Shown: positions 1-9,986, counted from the first letter of the stretch. The stretch: 64,000 nt of DNA from an uncultured virus (IMG/VR IMGVR_UViG_3300022822_000010) (IMGVR_UViG_3300022822_000010), one strand, 5' to 3'. The notes: generated from the sequence alone by a model not told the origin. Numbers and translations: made by a program.

Positions 1-980
1 TTACGAAAATTAACAAAGTCTTTGATTAGCTCTCGTTCATCTTTATACTCTCTCAGTTTACCATCAAACCCTATGACAGTTAGATTCTCTGAGTGACTCT
101 TCTCAAGCTTAAACTTAGCGATAACTTTGTCGTCGGTATTTAAAGCTTTGGCCGTAGTGTTTCGAAGCTTTACCTCAAATTGAAACCCAACAGATGAGCA
201 CTGGTCTTCGTATGATATAATGTCTCCATCATCGTCGAGCTTATCTAATACTTTAACATAAGCTTCGCGATCATAGCCGTAAGGAATCTCTGTAATGATT
301 ACTTTAGTACTTACTGGGCGCTTATATATTCCTCGACAAACAAACCTATCTGTAGTCTCATTATATATCGTTTTGCCTTTAAAGTCAGGAAACGATACAC
401 CAAGCCGCTTTTTAATCTTACCAGTCTTTATATACTCTTTACAAGCAGCAATTAAAGCTTTTTCGGAACGGGGTAAAATGTTCGTAGCAAAACCAGTGGC
501 AATACCCTTGGCGCCATTAGCTAGTACTAAGGGTATGACAGGAATATAAAACTTAGGAGGACTGTGTTCAGGGTCGTCGTGAATAGGCGCAAGATCAACG
601 TCTTTTATATGTCGCTTAAAGTTAGCGTGAAGCTTTGTGTACACGTAACGAGCAGCGCCAGCAGCTTGTATTTGACGAGTACCGAACGAACCCCGACCCT
701 CAACTAGACAAATGTTATTATTCCAAGCTGCGGCCATTAACTGACCTGCGCCAGCAGCCGAGGTCTCGCCATGATTATATCCGTAATCAGAAACCACACC
801 CGATACCGCAGATACTTTCTTAAAGTTAGCAGAAGTATTTATTATAGAGCTGTATAGATAAAACCGTTGTACAGGCTTTAGTCCATCTATCATACTAGGA
901 ATAGCACGAGACTCGATGGTGTACATAGCAAACTCGCGCATTTCGTTATTAGCGATCTGGCTCAGATTATACTCATTCAT
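1..980 (-). CDS. 52: DNA topoisomerase II medium subunit (gp52), runs off the window start
   Basis: Not in ORF track; manual translation from ATG at 980 gives MNEYNLSQIANNEMREFAMYTIESRAIPSMIDGLKPVQRF, with the GyrA/ParC-type DGLKPVQR motif. Confidence 0.93.
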   Translation of the reverse strand, partial: MNEYNLSQIANNEMREFAMYTIESRAIPSMIDGLKPVQRFYLYSSIINTSANFKKVSAVSGVVSDYGYNHGETSAAGAGQLMAAAWNNNICLVEGRGSFGTRQIQAAGAARYVYTKLHANFKRHIKDVDLAPIHDDPEHSPPKFYIPVIPLVLANGAKGIATGFATNILPRSEKALIAACKEYIKTGKIKKRLGVSFPDFKGKTIYNETTDRFVCRGIYKRPVSTKVIITEIPYGYDREAYVKVLDKLDDDGDIISYEDQCSSVGFQFEVKLRNTTAKALNTDDKVIAKFKLEKSHSENLTVIGFDGKLREYKDERELIKDFVNFR

Positions 981-1010
981 ATATTACTTCTCTTCGTCAA
1001 TTAAGTACCT

Positions 1011-1039
1011 ATTATACTATACCTATCCCTAGAAGTAAA
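1011..1039 (-). promoter_or_regulatory. sigma70-type early promoter for gene 52
   Basis: TTTACT-N17-TATAAT on minus strand, followed by the conserved AGGTACTTAATTGA leader. Confidence 0.8.
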
Positions 1040-1215
1040 GCTTTTTTTTCTTCTTCGGTGGTATCAGGGTCTCTAATGATTCTCATCATAGGATTAAACA
1101 AAGATTTGCCTTTGCCGGTGCCTGCGCTTATCGTATAGATTTCACCAACCTTCACACCTCCCTTGGTGGGTTCAAGATGACCAAATATGTCTTGCATAAA
1201 CCACCGCCATTTCAT
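1012..1215 (-). CDS. small hypothetical protein with a Walker-A-like fragment
   Basis: ORF track; SAGTGKGKS motif; lies in an early accessory cluster. Confidence 0.45.
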   Translation of the reverse strand: MKWRWFMQDIFGHLEPTKGGVKVGEIYTISAGTGKGKSLFNPMMRIIRDPDTTEEEKKALLLGIGIV

Positions 1216-1829
1216 CGTTGTGTTCGATTTCTACAATACTTATAAAGCTCACTTGCGCGAACCAAGGTAGAACTCTACCGATAGAAATGCTATAGACCCG
1301 CTTATTGAACATATATTTAATTTCCACCCGATGCTCCATAGACTACAGCAAATACTGTGCCAAATATTGCGCTGAATGATCCAGCATACATAAAGAAGAA
1401 TACAGCAGCGCCGTTCCTTTCTAGATTCGAGTGACGTAGAATACGGTCAACCCACTTATCATATTTTGATTTCATATTACAACACCTCCAAAAATTACAC
1501 AATAAGCATTCTTAGTAACATCTTCGTTTTCGAATAGTTTCCAAATTACGCTACCAGTTTCTGCTTCTACAACATACATTGTTAAGTCAAGAGTCAATGG
1601 GGTGACTATATCGCCCAACATTGATATGAAATATAAAAAGTCTGCTACTAATAAACACTGAATCATTTTTTACTCTCCTTAAACCCGTATTCATACCCCG
1701 CTTGATAAGCCAATCGCATGTCTTCGCGCGAGTATGTAATTTTAGCTGAAAGATCTTCTTTATCATTATCGCTATCAATGTAGTCGGCTAACCAGACTAA
1801 GAATAGCATCCAGTTCCTAGATAAGTTTC

Positions 1830-2012
1830 TCATAAGTAGAACTCCGTAAACTCACTTATTTGGATCATTTGGTTTTCGTCCCACTTTCCCATCATTGTTA
1901 TGGTTATTTCGCCACCCCATTGCGAGCATGGTTCTAGTTCTGCATCGTGCTTAGCTAGCAGACTATTTAGGTCTTTGCGGAATGCGGCTTCTCTTTCTTC
2001 TCTAGTTTTCAT
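1830..2012 (-). CDS. small hypothetical early protein
   Basis: ORF track; co-oriented and tightly packed behind the promoter at 2241. Confidence 0.6.
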   Translation of the reverse strand: MKTREEREAAFRKDLNSLLAKHDAELEPCSQWGGEITITMMGKWDENQMIQISEFTEFYL

Positions 2013-2013
2013 A

Positions 2014-2205
2014 CTAAAACTTCAAAGTGACAGCGACATCGATGTCGCTAGATATTTCTTCCGTAATCTTTCCTGGTGCCCAGCATAGGTTTTTGACCGT
2101 CATCTGATACCCAAATATTGATACAATGTCTCCACGTGAGGGCACATTATTCATGTTAGCAACTAGGTCTTCTCCATCAGGCTTAATAAACAATACTTTA
2201 GTCAT
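2014..2205 (-). CDS. small hypothetical early protein
   Basis: ATG at 2205 follows the cassette leader GAGAGAATATATT. Confidence 0.65.
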   Translation of the reverse strand: MTKVLFIKPDGEDLVANMNNVPSRGDIVSIFGYQMTVKNLCWAPGKITEEISSDIDVAVTLKF

Positions 2206-2284
2206 AATATATTCTCTCTGTTTCAATCAATTAAGTACTAATTATAATGTATTAGGTCTAAGAAGTAAAGAACTTTCTTAGACC
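2203..2284 (-). promoter_or_regulatory. early promoter/stem-loop/RBS cassette
   Basis: TTTACT(2269-2264)-N17-TATAAT(2246-2241); perfect 10-bp inverted repeat GGTCTAAGAA/TTCTTAGACC around the -35. Confidence 0.85.
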
Positions 2285-2293
2285 GTTTAGCTA

Positions 2294-2482
2294 TCACAAC
2301 ACCAGATATCCACCTGCCTCTAACTTAGCAAGCTCGGGCTTATTTAACATAATTTTTGTTATGCTCGCAAATCTTGGATCAACGACGACCGTTTGGTTTT
2401 CGGCCATCTCTTTCGTCAGAAAACAAACAACAAGGTCTGTGTTAGCTTCGTAAATTACATAAACTGGTTTAATCATAGACAT
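2294..2482 (-). CDS. small hypothetical early protein
   Basis: ORF lies between two copies of the promoter cassette. Confidence 0.65.
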   Translation of the reverse strand: MSMIKPVYVIYEANTDLVVCFLTKEMAENQTVVVDPRFASITKIMLNKPELAKLEAGGYLVL

Positions 2483-2561
2483 AATATATTCTCTCTGTTT
2501 CGATCAATTAAGTAACTATTATACCGTAATAGGCCTAAGAAGTAAAGATGTTTCTTAGACC
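2480..2561 (-). promoter_or_regulatory. early promoter/stem-loop/RBS cassette
   Basis: TTTACT-N17-TATAAT (2546-2518); CTAAGAA/TTCTTAG inverted repeat; same leader as the copies at 2203 and 36574. Confidence 0.85.
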
Positions 2562-2664
2562 GTTTTATTATAAAGTAACTCGGCTAATTCCAAAATAGTA
2601 TAATGATCGTACTCACAATATGGGTCATTATATTGCTTACTTATCGCCCTATCTATCCAAATAT

Positions 2665-3354
2665 TCATTTTAATATTTGGTAATTTATTCCATTCAATAG
2701 CTGGCATCGTGTATTCTCGATCTGTTGAAGTTCTTTTAATAATATCTCAAGCTTATCTGTACTGCGATTTGTCCAACCGCGCCCAAGAGTTAGCTTTCTA
2801 GCTTTTTGTATAATCTTTATCTCAGCGACTATCGGCCTATTAACTAATTGCTTGTTCATAGATGATATACCCTTTCTTCTTTCGGGTAGTTGGGACACAT
2901 TATCAACGCCGTATTGCTCTTTGAATTTGTTTCTCATGCCTTCCATTATATCTTTAGATTCTGGATAGTTTTTCATGAAGGTGGCTTTCTTCTTCTCTTT
3001 GACCCAATCTAAAGACGATGGATTGATGTTGCCATATTTCTCTTCAAAGATGTCATTCATACGGTCGGTAGAGTTTTGATATTCAGGGTAATTTAGGCGA
3101 AAGGTTTGGTGTTTCTTTTCTTTGACCCAATCCAGCGTCGATACATTATCCACTCCATATAGGTCTTGAACAATAGTTCGAAAAGCTTCGCTACCATATG
3201 GACAAGGAGAACTTGAAGAGTCTGGACCATCTAGCTCAAACATTATGATATCATAACGCTCTTCTTCACTATAGATCTTAAACGAATTTGTTGATGATGC
3301 GATTAGTAATAGGGCTTGCCATTCTTTCGGGCAGGTATAAATAGATTTAGACAT
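2665..3354 (-). CDS. protein with YG(V/N)xN repeats, homing-endonuclease-associated-like
   Basis: Repeats YGVDNVSTLDWVKEKK, YGNINPSSLDWVKEKK and YGVDNVSQL; has its own late promoter. Confidence 0.55.
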   Translation of the reverse strand: MSKSIYTCPKEWQALLLIASSTNSFKIYSEEERYDIIMFELDGPDSSSSPCPYGSEAFRTIVQDLYGVDNVSTLDWVKEKKHQTFRLNYPEYQNSTDRMNDIFEEKYGNINPSSLDWVKEKKKATFMKNYPESKDIMEGMRNKFKEQYGVDNVSQLPERRKGISSMNKQLVNRPIVAEIKIIQKARKLTLGRGWTNRSTDKLEILLKELQQIENTRCQLLNGINYQILK

Positions 3355-3420
3355 GATACGATTCCAATAAATTGTATTGAGTTTAGGATAAAGGGAGTTG
3401 ACGCTCCCTTTTATCTGTTT

Positions 3421-3428
3421 TATTTATA
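3421..3428 (-). promoter_or_regulatory. T4-type late promoter TATAAATA
   Basis: Exact TATAAATA on minus strand, intergenic, upstream of 2665..3354. Confidence 0.7.
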
Positions 3429-3441
3429 AGAATCTTAATCT

Positions 3442-5259
3442 CTAGTTCAACCATTCCTTTCTGAGTTTAGCGTCTTTTCCGAAGAACACTTCAAACCAAT
3501 GCGGATCATCGACGCTAATAGTATCGAGTTTAGGCTCATTAATTAGTTTGTAATACTCTTCTTCGGTGTGACTAGCAAGGCCTTTAATATAGCGGTGATG
3601 ATAACCCTCAGTGCTTGCTTTAAACGCTTGAGCATCTTTGCCATTATAAAACCATTTTACGTCTTTACCTTTCTCGCTTATCATAATAGGCGTTCTGGCG
3701 ATGTGTACCCGCTTGTCGGTAAAAAGTCGGGGCCAGAACTTATGAAAGAAGGCTAATAGTAAAGCATTTATGTGACCTCCATCAACATCGGCATCGCAAA
3801 ATGAAGCTATGTTTTGATAGGCCATATCGTCGATCGAGTCTGGATCATTAATATCGAGACCTAGAACAGCCACAAGCTCAGATAACTCTTTACTCTTTAA
3901 AACATCGGCAGGCTTCATATCCCAGACATTCATAATAACGCCGCGTAATGGATAACCGCCAACGCGCTTAGGGTCACGAACCTTTAACAAGAAGCCGATA
4001 GCGGAATCGCCCTCACATAAGAATAAAGTTGAATCAGAGGTAGTAGCCGCGATATGTTTAGCAACCTTTACTTTCTTCAACTTCTTTTGAGCCAAGGTCG
4101 CGGCACGACGTTCAGCAGCAATTTTTTTAGCTAGTTGAGCCTCAACGATTGGACCAACAATGCCTTCAGAAGCAAGAACTTTTCGGGCAATCTTTTCAAA
4201 GTCGATACCATCATAATGAGCTTTAACATCGGCAACACCATTAGTCAAACGCTCTTTAGTTTGAGAATCATACTTTGGATCTTTGAAGTCACGGGCAAAT
4301 AATACAAAAGTTAAGCCTGACTTGATCGTCGATTTGTTTACTTCTATTTTGTGCTTACGCTTAATGAGTATGCCAAGGTGCTCAGCAACGCCACCGACAA
4401 CGTAATCCACATAGCTTCCACCAAGACGCGTGTTAACGCCATTAACGTAAGAAGTGGTTCTGAATCCATCAGATGAGGTAGTGAAAAAGCAATTAGTACT
4501 GTCACCATTGGAAACAACAATGTCATCACTAGCGTCGATAGTGAAAAGATTCGCATACTTTTTAATATTATTTTCATTGATTCGCTTACCATTAAATTTG
4601 AACTTAATCTCAGGGAATGCTACTTGAAGCGAAGTTAGACGGTCGTGTACTAAGGTCTCGGTATCTGCCTCATAAAAGTCTCCATCGAATAAAGAAGTGT
4701 CTGGAGTAAATCTAACAGAAGTACCAGAACCCTCAGCGCCCGTACCTTTGAATACGTTGGTTTCGTTAGCGCCATCAGTACAAGTAACAATTATTCGCTT
4801 TTTGTCGCGCCAAGTATCGCCTACAAACTGCTTAGACATAAAGTTTGCGCAAGCTGAACCAACACCGTTGGCACCGATAGTCGTGCGGTCATCTTCGAAA
4901 GAAGTACCAGCGTTTGTTCTAGTCCAAGCCGCCTCGGGCCTTGAAATAGTATTACCAGCCGAGTCAATCACGTCTTCTTGAGGTATACCGCGACCATTAT
5001 CGCTCACGTGGATGTTATTACCCGAGACCTTAACATCTATCTGGTTAGCGAACTTGAACTTAGTTCGAATAGCTTCATCAATAGAGTTATCGATTATCTC
5101 GTCTATCATTTTATTGAAGGCAGGAATGTAAGAAACTTTCTTCCATTTACCTAGCACAAAGCGCTCAACTGTCTCTAATGAGGTTGAACCGAGATACATG
5201 TTAGTACGAAGGCGCACGTGATCTCTCGGCGATAGTACTTTAAATTGTTCGTCTTTCAT
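3442..5259 (-). CDS. 39: DNA topoisomerase II large subunit (gp39+60 in one ORF)
   Basis: GHKL ATPase (EIIDNSIDE, DNGRGIP, GANGVG) plus TOPRIM (CEGDSA, PLRG, DADVDG, RYIKGLAS). Confidence 0.96.
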   Translation of the reverse strand: MKDEQFKVLSPRDHVRLRTNMYLGSTSLETVERFVLGKWKKVSYIPAFNKMIDEIIDNSIDEAIRTKFKFANQIDVKVSGNNIHVSDNGRGIPQEDVIDSAGNTISRPEAAWTRTNAGTSFEDDRTTIGANGVGSACANFMSKQFVGDTWRDKKRIIVTCTDGANETNVFKGTGAEGSGTSVRFTPDTSLFDGDFYEADTETLVHDRLTSLQVAFPEIKFKFNGKRINENNIKKYANLFTIDASDDIVVSNGDSTNCFFTTSSDGFRTTSYVNGVNTRLGGSYVDYVVGGVAEHLGILIKRKHKIEVNKSTIKSGLTFVLFARDFKDPKYDSQTKERLTNGVADVKAHYDGIDFEKIARKVLASEGIVGPIVEAQLAKKIAAERRAATLAQKKLKKVKVAKHIAATTSDSTLFLCEGDSAIGFLLKVRDPKRVGGYPLRGVIMNVWDMKPADVLKSKELSELVAVLGLDINDPDSIDDMAYQNIASFCDADVDGGHINALLLAFFHKFWPRLFTDKRVHIARTPIMISEKGKDVKWFYNGKDAQAFKASTEGYHHRYIKGLASHTEEEYYKLINEPKLDTISVDDPHWFEVFFGKDAKLRKEWLN

Positions 5260-5341
5260 GGCAACTCTCTGTTTCAATCAATTAAGTACCTATTATACCG
5301 TAGTTATATAGAAAAGTAAAGCTTTATTTTAAAGATATGCA

Positions 5342-5719
5342 TTATACACCTTTCAATTCAATTAAATTTTTAATAGACAATGAATAATACTTACACATTC
5401 GTTTGGCGATCTCTTGCTTTCTGACTACGATCTCTTGCTTTGAAATCTTACTACTAAGCATATTGCTAGACGTTTGAACCACTTTGCCATGATTAGCAAT
5501 ATTTTCTTTAGATGAAGGATACACTTTGCCAGCGTTTAAGAAGTAATGTACCTCCTTGTCGCGCTTGATAACCCGCGCACCTTCTTTGATTTCAGCGACT
5601 CTCTGCCTAATCTCAACTTTTAGTTTGTTCAAGGCTTCGGTCATTTCTTTTCTTACGAATGTTCTAGCAAGATAGTTTATTTCATTTTCTTCAATCATGT
5701 TACACCTCCAATATGGCAT
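5342..5719 (-). CDS. hypothetical protein
   Basis: ORF track; downstream of the promoter at 5798-5826. Confidence 0.6.
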   Translation of the reverse strand: MPYWRCNMIEENEINYLARTFVRKEMTEALNKLKVEIRQRVAEIKEGARVIKRDKEVHYFLNAGKVYPSSKENIANHGKVVQTSSNMLSSKISKQEIVVRKQEIAKRMCKYYSLSIKNLIELKGV

Positions 5720-5844
5720 AGTTGCTGTTAGGTCGAGAAGAAAAATAAATGGTTTGCCTTCAAAACGATAAAGCGCATATGCGTCAATTAAGTATATACT
5801 ATACCGTAGTCTGATCGATAAGTAAAGCGATAGCTTATACCGAT

Positions 5845-6099
5845 TTAGAATAAGTGCGGTTTTTTTACTACCTTTCCGATTCTAGCCTTGGCGAGCGCTC
5901 GATCAACAACTCCGATAGAAAATAACATATCCATTCTGACTAGTAAATTGTCTGAATCATCGTAATCGCATATCGAGGATATTAGTTCATTTTTATATAT
6001 GTAATCGTTACCGATAAAGTGAGTGTTTTCTTGATTTTCTGAATACGGTATCCCACCAACCCAGCATTTATATCTACTTAACTCATTTCTCATTATCAT
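5845..6099 (-). CDS. hypothetical protein
   Basis: ORF overlaps the end of the ClpP-like gene. Confidence 0.55.
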   Translation of the reverse strand: MIMRNELSRYKCWVGGIPYSENQENTHFIGNDYIYKNELISSICDYDDSDNLLVRMDMLFSIGVVDRALAKARIGKVVKKPHLF

Positions 6100-6706
6100 C
6101 CCCTTCTGTTACTTCGTCGGTCGAATCTAAAAGTTTTTGGTCAGCTAGCATTTTTTCCTCAAGTCGTGATGTAACCTCTTCGGACGTTAGCCATATATCT
6201 TTCCCGTTAAGCATTTCGTCGATTTCTGTCGTAGATAAAAACCCCTCATAAATATCTATCCAAATCGCGCTCGACCATTTGCGCTCGAAATCGATTTGGT
6301 CATACATTTCACCGCCCTTACCAAGAGCGCCACCGCTATAGTTATGAAACATAAAAGCTGAATGGCTGCTGATTTCATAACTATGACCGCAAAGCATTAT
6401 AATAGTTGCTGCGCTCATACAAGCGCCTTCGACGCTTATTACAACGTGCGCTCTAGTATCATCAAGCACCCGCATGAACTGGATCGCTGAGAACATATCC
6501 CCGCCATAACTGTTTATATAGATCTTTACTGTGTCCGCTTCTGTAGCATGACGTATAATATCAAACCATTCCATATACTTTTCAGCAGAATCGATGCTTC
6601 CTATTAAATAGAACTCATGAACGAATCCAGTTGGTTTATTCGTGAAAGCTCCGATAGGGCCTCCTATGTTCACCATATCATCTATATTCATACTCGTATT
6701 GCGCAT
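6083..6706 (-). CDS. ClpP-like serine protease
   Basis: IYINSYGGD, ACMSAAT (catalytic Ser), FMFHN (catalytic His), DIWLT. Confidence 0.85.
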   Translation of the reverse strand: MRNTSMNIDDMVNIGGPIGAFTNKPTGFVHEFYLIGSIDSAEKYMEWFDIIRHATEADTVKIYINSYGGDMFSAIQFMRVLDDTRAHVVISVEGACMSAATIIMLCGHSYEISSHSAFMFHNYSGGALGKGGEMYDQIDFERKWSSAIWIDIYEGFLSTTEIDEMLNGKDIWLTSEEVTSRLEEKMLADQKLLDSTDEVTEGDDNEK

Positions 6707-7491
6707 AATTTTCTCATCTCGGTTAGTTGATTTTCTAGATAGTTTATATAGTTTTTAGTATCGTCTGATTCGCAAGATGATTGACAACAATACTCTAGCG
6801 AAGTACTAGCCAATCCTTTTAACCTTAAACCTTCTTTTTGATCTTTAAACTTTTTAATCGTTTCGATCAAGGTATTCGCCCAATCATCCCTATGTTCAAT
6901 GTAGACTTCAGGCTTTTCGTTATCGACAGAAATAATCGTAACTAATTGAGTCACAGGCATTTTTGTACGCTCTTCCCACATTACCGCATACCCAGACTCT
7001 TGTAAGAAATAAGTCTTTACCCAATCTCTTTTTTTAGGCTTCATACTTGTCTTGAAGTCTACAATAGAAAGCTTACCATCAAACATACATACACAATCGA
7101 CTCTCCCAGCAATGCCAAGATGATCAGAATACAAAGCAGTTTCCATCCCATATATATCACCTACTCTTTTATCTAGTATCGGTTTTACGGAGTTAAATGA
7201 AGCGATAATATGCGGCATCACCCCTAACTTATAGTCTGAATCGTTTTTTAAATATTTTTCGATAATCTCATGTACAGCTGTACCTCGATTAGCTGCGTAT
7301 TTAGATATTCTATTTGCTTCGCCTTCACCAACACGCGCTCTCCATTCGGCAAGACTTGTTCCAGATAGAATACTGAGCACTGTAGTGATGGACGGATATC
7401 TATCGCCATCAGGCCCGATATAATACCGTCCATCGTCGGATATAGTGTTTAAATCAGAATATCCCATTTCAACGGGAATATGATTAAACAT
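6688..7491 (-). CDS. PD-(D/E)xK exonuclease (Cas4/RecB-like, common in T4-like phages)
   Basis: YPSITTVL, RGTAVHE, AGRVDC, VDFKTS, YFLQESGY motifs. Confidence 0.85.
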   Translation of the reverse strand: MFNHIPVEMGYSDLNTISDDGRYYIGPDGDRYPSITTVLSILSGTSLAEWRARVGEGEANRISKYAANRGTAVHEIIEKYLKNDSDYKLGVMPHIIASFNSVKPILDKRVGDIYGMETALYSDHLGIAGRVDCVCMFDGKLSIVDFKTSMKPKKRDWVKTYFLQESGYAVMWEERTKMPVTQLVTIISVDNEKPEVYIEHRDDWANTLIETIKKFKDQKEGLRLKGLASTSLEYCCQSSCESDDTKNYINYLENQLTEMRKLCAIRV

Positions 7492-8192
7492 TATATCTTC
7501 AACCTCTCTTTAGTCATAATATAATCTCTGACAAAACCTGATCTAACGATATCTTCAGGTGTAAATGTGATCGTAACCATCTTTGTTAGATGCTCGGCAA
7601 TCTCCATAAACTTAAACAGCCCATTTTTATCTACACGGGAAGTTAAGTCAGATTGGTAGAAGTCGCCGCAAGTAACCAATCGCGAGTCTTGACCTAATCG
7701 AGTAACAACTGAGTCGATTTCGTGAAAGGTTAAGTTCTCGACTTCATCGATAATGACAATACAATTCTTCAAGGTAATACCACGAATGAACGAGGTAGAA
7801 ATAAACTTAATAACGCCTTGATCTTTTAATCGGTCATAAGCATTCGCCGTTTGGAACAAGTCATTACAAATAGAGACATATGGTGCTTCATATACGGCGC
7901 TCTTTTCGTCCTCATCTCCTGGCAAAAATCCCATATCGCGGGTAGGTACAATAGACCTTACGATAACGACTTGATCATATGGAGTACCTTTGTCCATAAC
8001 AACCTCTAAAGCCATACCTAGCGCGAGAAACGTTTTACCCGTACCTGCTGAACCGTTTAGTATTAGATGATTACCTCGCTGAAAAGCGTCAATACTGTCG
8101 GCTTGCCTATCAGTCATCGCTTCGAACTCTATTAAGTCATCAAGCTTCAACTTAGCTGGAACTCGTGTTTTTAATACCCTTGGTGCGCCCAT
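7491..8192 (-). CDS. phoH: PhoH-family ATPase
   Basis: GSAGTGKT, GFLPG, FIRGITL, IIDEVEN, GDFYQSD, DIVRSG. Confidence 0.93.
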   Translation of the reverse strand: MGAPRVLKTRVPAKLKLDDLIEFEAMTDRQADSIDAFQRGNHLILNGSAGTGKTFLALGMALEVVMDKGTPYDQVVIVRSIVPTRDMGFLPGDEDEKSAVYEAPYVSICNDLFQTANAYDRLKDQGVIKFISTSFIRGITLKNCIVIIDEVENLTFHEIDSVVTRLGQDSRLVTCGDFYQSDLTSRVDKNGLFKFMEIAEHLTKMVTITFTPEDIVRSGFVRDYIMTKERLKI

Positions 8193-8477
8193 TTATTTTC
8201 TCAATATTAGTAGTGTGTCAATAAGAACTGTCTCGTTATCCTTTAAGCCTAAATTACCGTCAAGATATTGTAAGGCATTAAATAATTTAAGCCTCATTTC
8301 ATCCCGTTCTCTAAATACTTCGGGTAGCCAATTAGCTAAGGAAGCTAAACTATCTATACCATTATTATTAGCAGTTTCTGTCAAAGAGTTTAGCGTTGTC
8401 TCTAGAGTTGCTAAGTTATCCTCTATCTTGTCGATTTCAGAACTAAGTTTTTTAACTTTATTATCAAATAATTTCAT
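8193..8477 (-). CDS. hypothetical coiled-coil protein
   Basis: ORF track, operon packing. Confidence 0.6.
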   Translation of the reverse strand: MKLFDNKVKKLSSEIDKIEDNLATLETTLNSLTETANNNGIDSLASLANWLPEVFRERDEMRLKLFNALQYLDGNLGLKDNETVLIDTLLILRK

Positions 8478-8800
8478 GATACTTTCAAACCTCCTACTAA
8501 ATTAAATCTACCGATCGCGACTAAACCCCAAACGTTTATCTGAAGCATTAGCCGATACTTGGCGTGCGTCAGGTCTTCGCCATTTTTAAATGGGTCGCGT
8601 AAAATTATAAACACGCCCTCTATTTCACCCCTATACAAGTCACCACTTTCGATCACATCAAACTCGCTATCATTATCAATCTTGGAATTGATATACTCAT
8701 AAAGGCCATCTTCCATATACGCTTCTGAATTTCTCTTCAAGCGGGCAGTAGCCACAACCATATAACCTATACCAACTTCACACTCATAATTAACGCTCAT
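8474..8800 (-). CDS. hypothetical protein
   Basis: ORF track, operon packing. Confidence 0.6.
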   Translation of the reverse strand: MSVNYECEVGIGYMVVATARLKRNSEAYMEDGLYEYINSKIDNDSEFDVIESGDLYRGEIEGVFIILRDPFKNGEDLTHAKYRLMLQINVWGLVAIGRFNLVGGLKVS

Positions 8801-8815
8801 AATATATCTCTCGCT

Positions 8816-9049
8816 TTATGTCCATTTATCTATCATCGGGCCGCGAACAGCATGATGACTTTTTATTTTCTGCATCGTTTCTTTAAAAGCACTTGTCGGT
8901 TTTAGTCCAACGCCGCTAACTATCATTGGTGAACTGATAACCAACGATACATCAGGATTTAGCTGTAAGTGGTGTTCCATGTCGGCAATGCTCATATTGT
9001 CGTCATACTCTTCTTCGGTCTCTTCGTTCTTAAATCTATATATTGGCAT
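8816..9049 (-). CDS. FmdB-like small protein (zinc-ribbon cysteines absent)
   Basis: MPIYRFKNEETEEE N-terminus, typical of T4-like FmdB homologs. Confidence 0.65.
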   Translation of the reverse strand: MPIYRFKNEETEEEYDDNMSIADMEHHLQLNPDVSLVISSPMIVSGVGLKPTSAFKETMQKIKSHHAVRGPMIDKWT

Positions 9050-9580
9050 TTATATCCACTCCGGTCTAGGTCGTCTAGTCCACCGCATATCGATGGTCTC
9101 GGTTTTACTGATGTAATACTTACGATAGGCCTTAACAACATTAATCTCTTTAAATTTACTAGGCATAGCAAGAGCAATTCTGCTACGCCCCGCAGGAACA
9201 TTTAAAGGGCAATGAGCTAAGGCTGTCATTAGTCTCGTTTCGCTAAGGTGCGTTCTACCATATCTATATGTATATTCTTTACATAAAGACGCGAAGTGTG
9301 AATACAACCACTGGTAGTTATCGGCATATGTACGCGCCCATACAGTAGATGGATGATAAGGGTGGGTAGCTTTATAAAGTACGTCGTTATCTTCTCCAGA
9401 AACTTCCCAAGATTTTATTCGGCGACCGTTTTGAGATGTCACCTTCACTTCCGTACCTTCACAAACTCGATGAGCAGTACAAAGCATCTGAGCAGATTCT
9501 AGTATCATCTTAACAACGTGTTTATCGCATTGCATTCTAGCAGATTCTAGAGGGCTTTCGTCTATGTAGAAGATGTTCAT
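9050..9580 (-). CDS. pyrimidine-dimer DNA glycosylase (DenV-like family)
   Basis: MNIFYID...CDKHVVKMILESAQML...HPYHPSTVW. Confidence 0.8.
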   Translation of the reverse strand: MNIFYIDESPLESARMQCDKHVVKMILESAQMLCTAHRVCEGTEVKVTSQNGRRIKSWEVSGEDNDVLYKATHPYHPSTVWARTYADNYQWLYSHFASLCKEYTYRYGRTHLSETRLMTALAHCPLNVPAGRSRIALAMPSKFKEINVVKAYRKYYISKTETIDMRWTRRPRPEWI

Positions 9581-9821
9581 ACTTTATCTGATATTTCTGG
9601 TTTAGTCCGTATGATATCTACTATCATCATATTTCGGATAGCTTTTTGAGATGCCCATTCGTTAGGCATAAGGGCGAGTGCGGTATTTATTACTATTACG
9701 CAAAGTTTTGTTCTCAATGGCTTCATAATGTAGTCTCTGTTCGATTGATTAAGTACTAATTATACGCCTTTCAGCGTATAAAGTCAAGAACTTTCTTATA
9801 TAAATTAGTTATATCAACTCC

Positions 9822-9986
9822 CTATTTTATGAGGTCTTCTTCTATATCAGATATTCTAGAGTTTAGGTATTCTAGTTTGGCTCGCATTCGGTGAGCGTGT
9901 TCATCTTTACCTTCTTTCTCTAAACGAAACATGAAATGCTTTAATTCTTTTGAATCGCGTTTTAGTCGTTCTATCTGGGGTGCCAT
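9822..9986 (-). CDS. small hypothetical protein (54 aa)
   Basis: Manual translation MAPQIERLKRDSKELKHFMFRLEKEGK. Confidence 0.55.
   Translation of the reverse strand: MAPQIERLKRDSKELKHFMFRLEKEGKDEHAHRMRAKLEYLNSRISDIEEDLIK

Noticed and set aside
2203..2561. Recurrent ~30-bp palindromic repeats resembling a CRISPR array
   Set aside because: The copies are dispersed, separated by genes rather than 30-40-bp spacers, and coincide with -35/-10 promoter boxes; there is no cas operon.
6688..7491. Cas4-like nuclease as a sign of a CRISPR system
   Set aside because: It is a standard stand-alone exonuclease of T4-like phages; no array or other cas genes are present.
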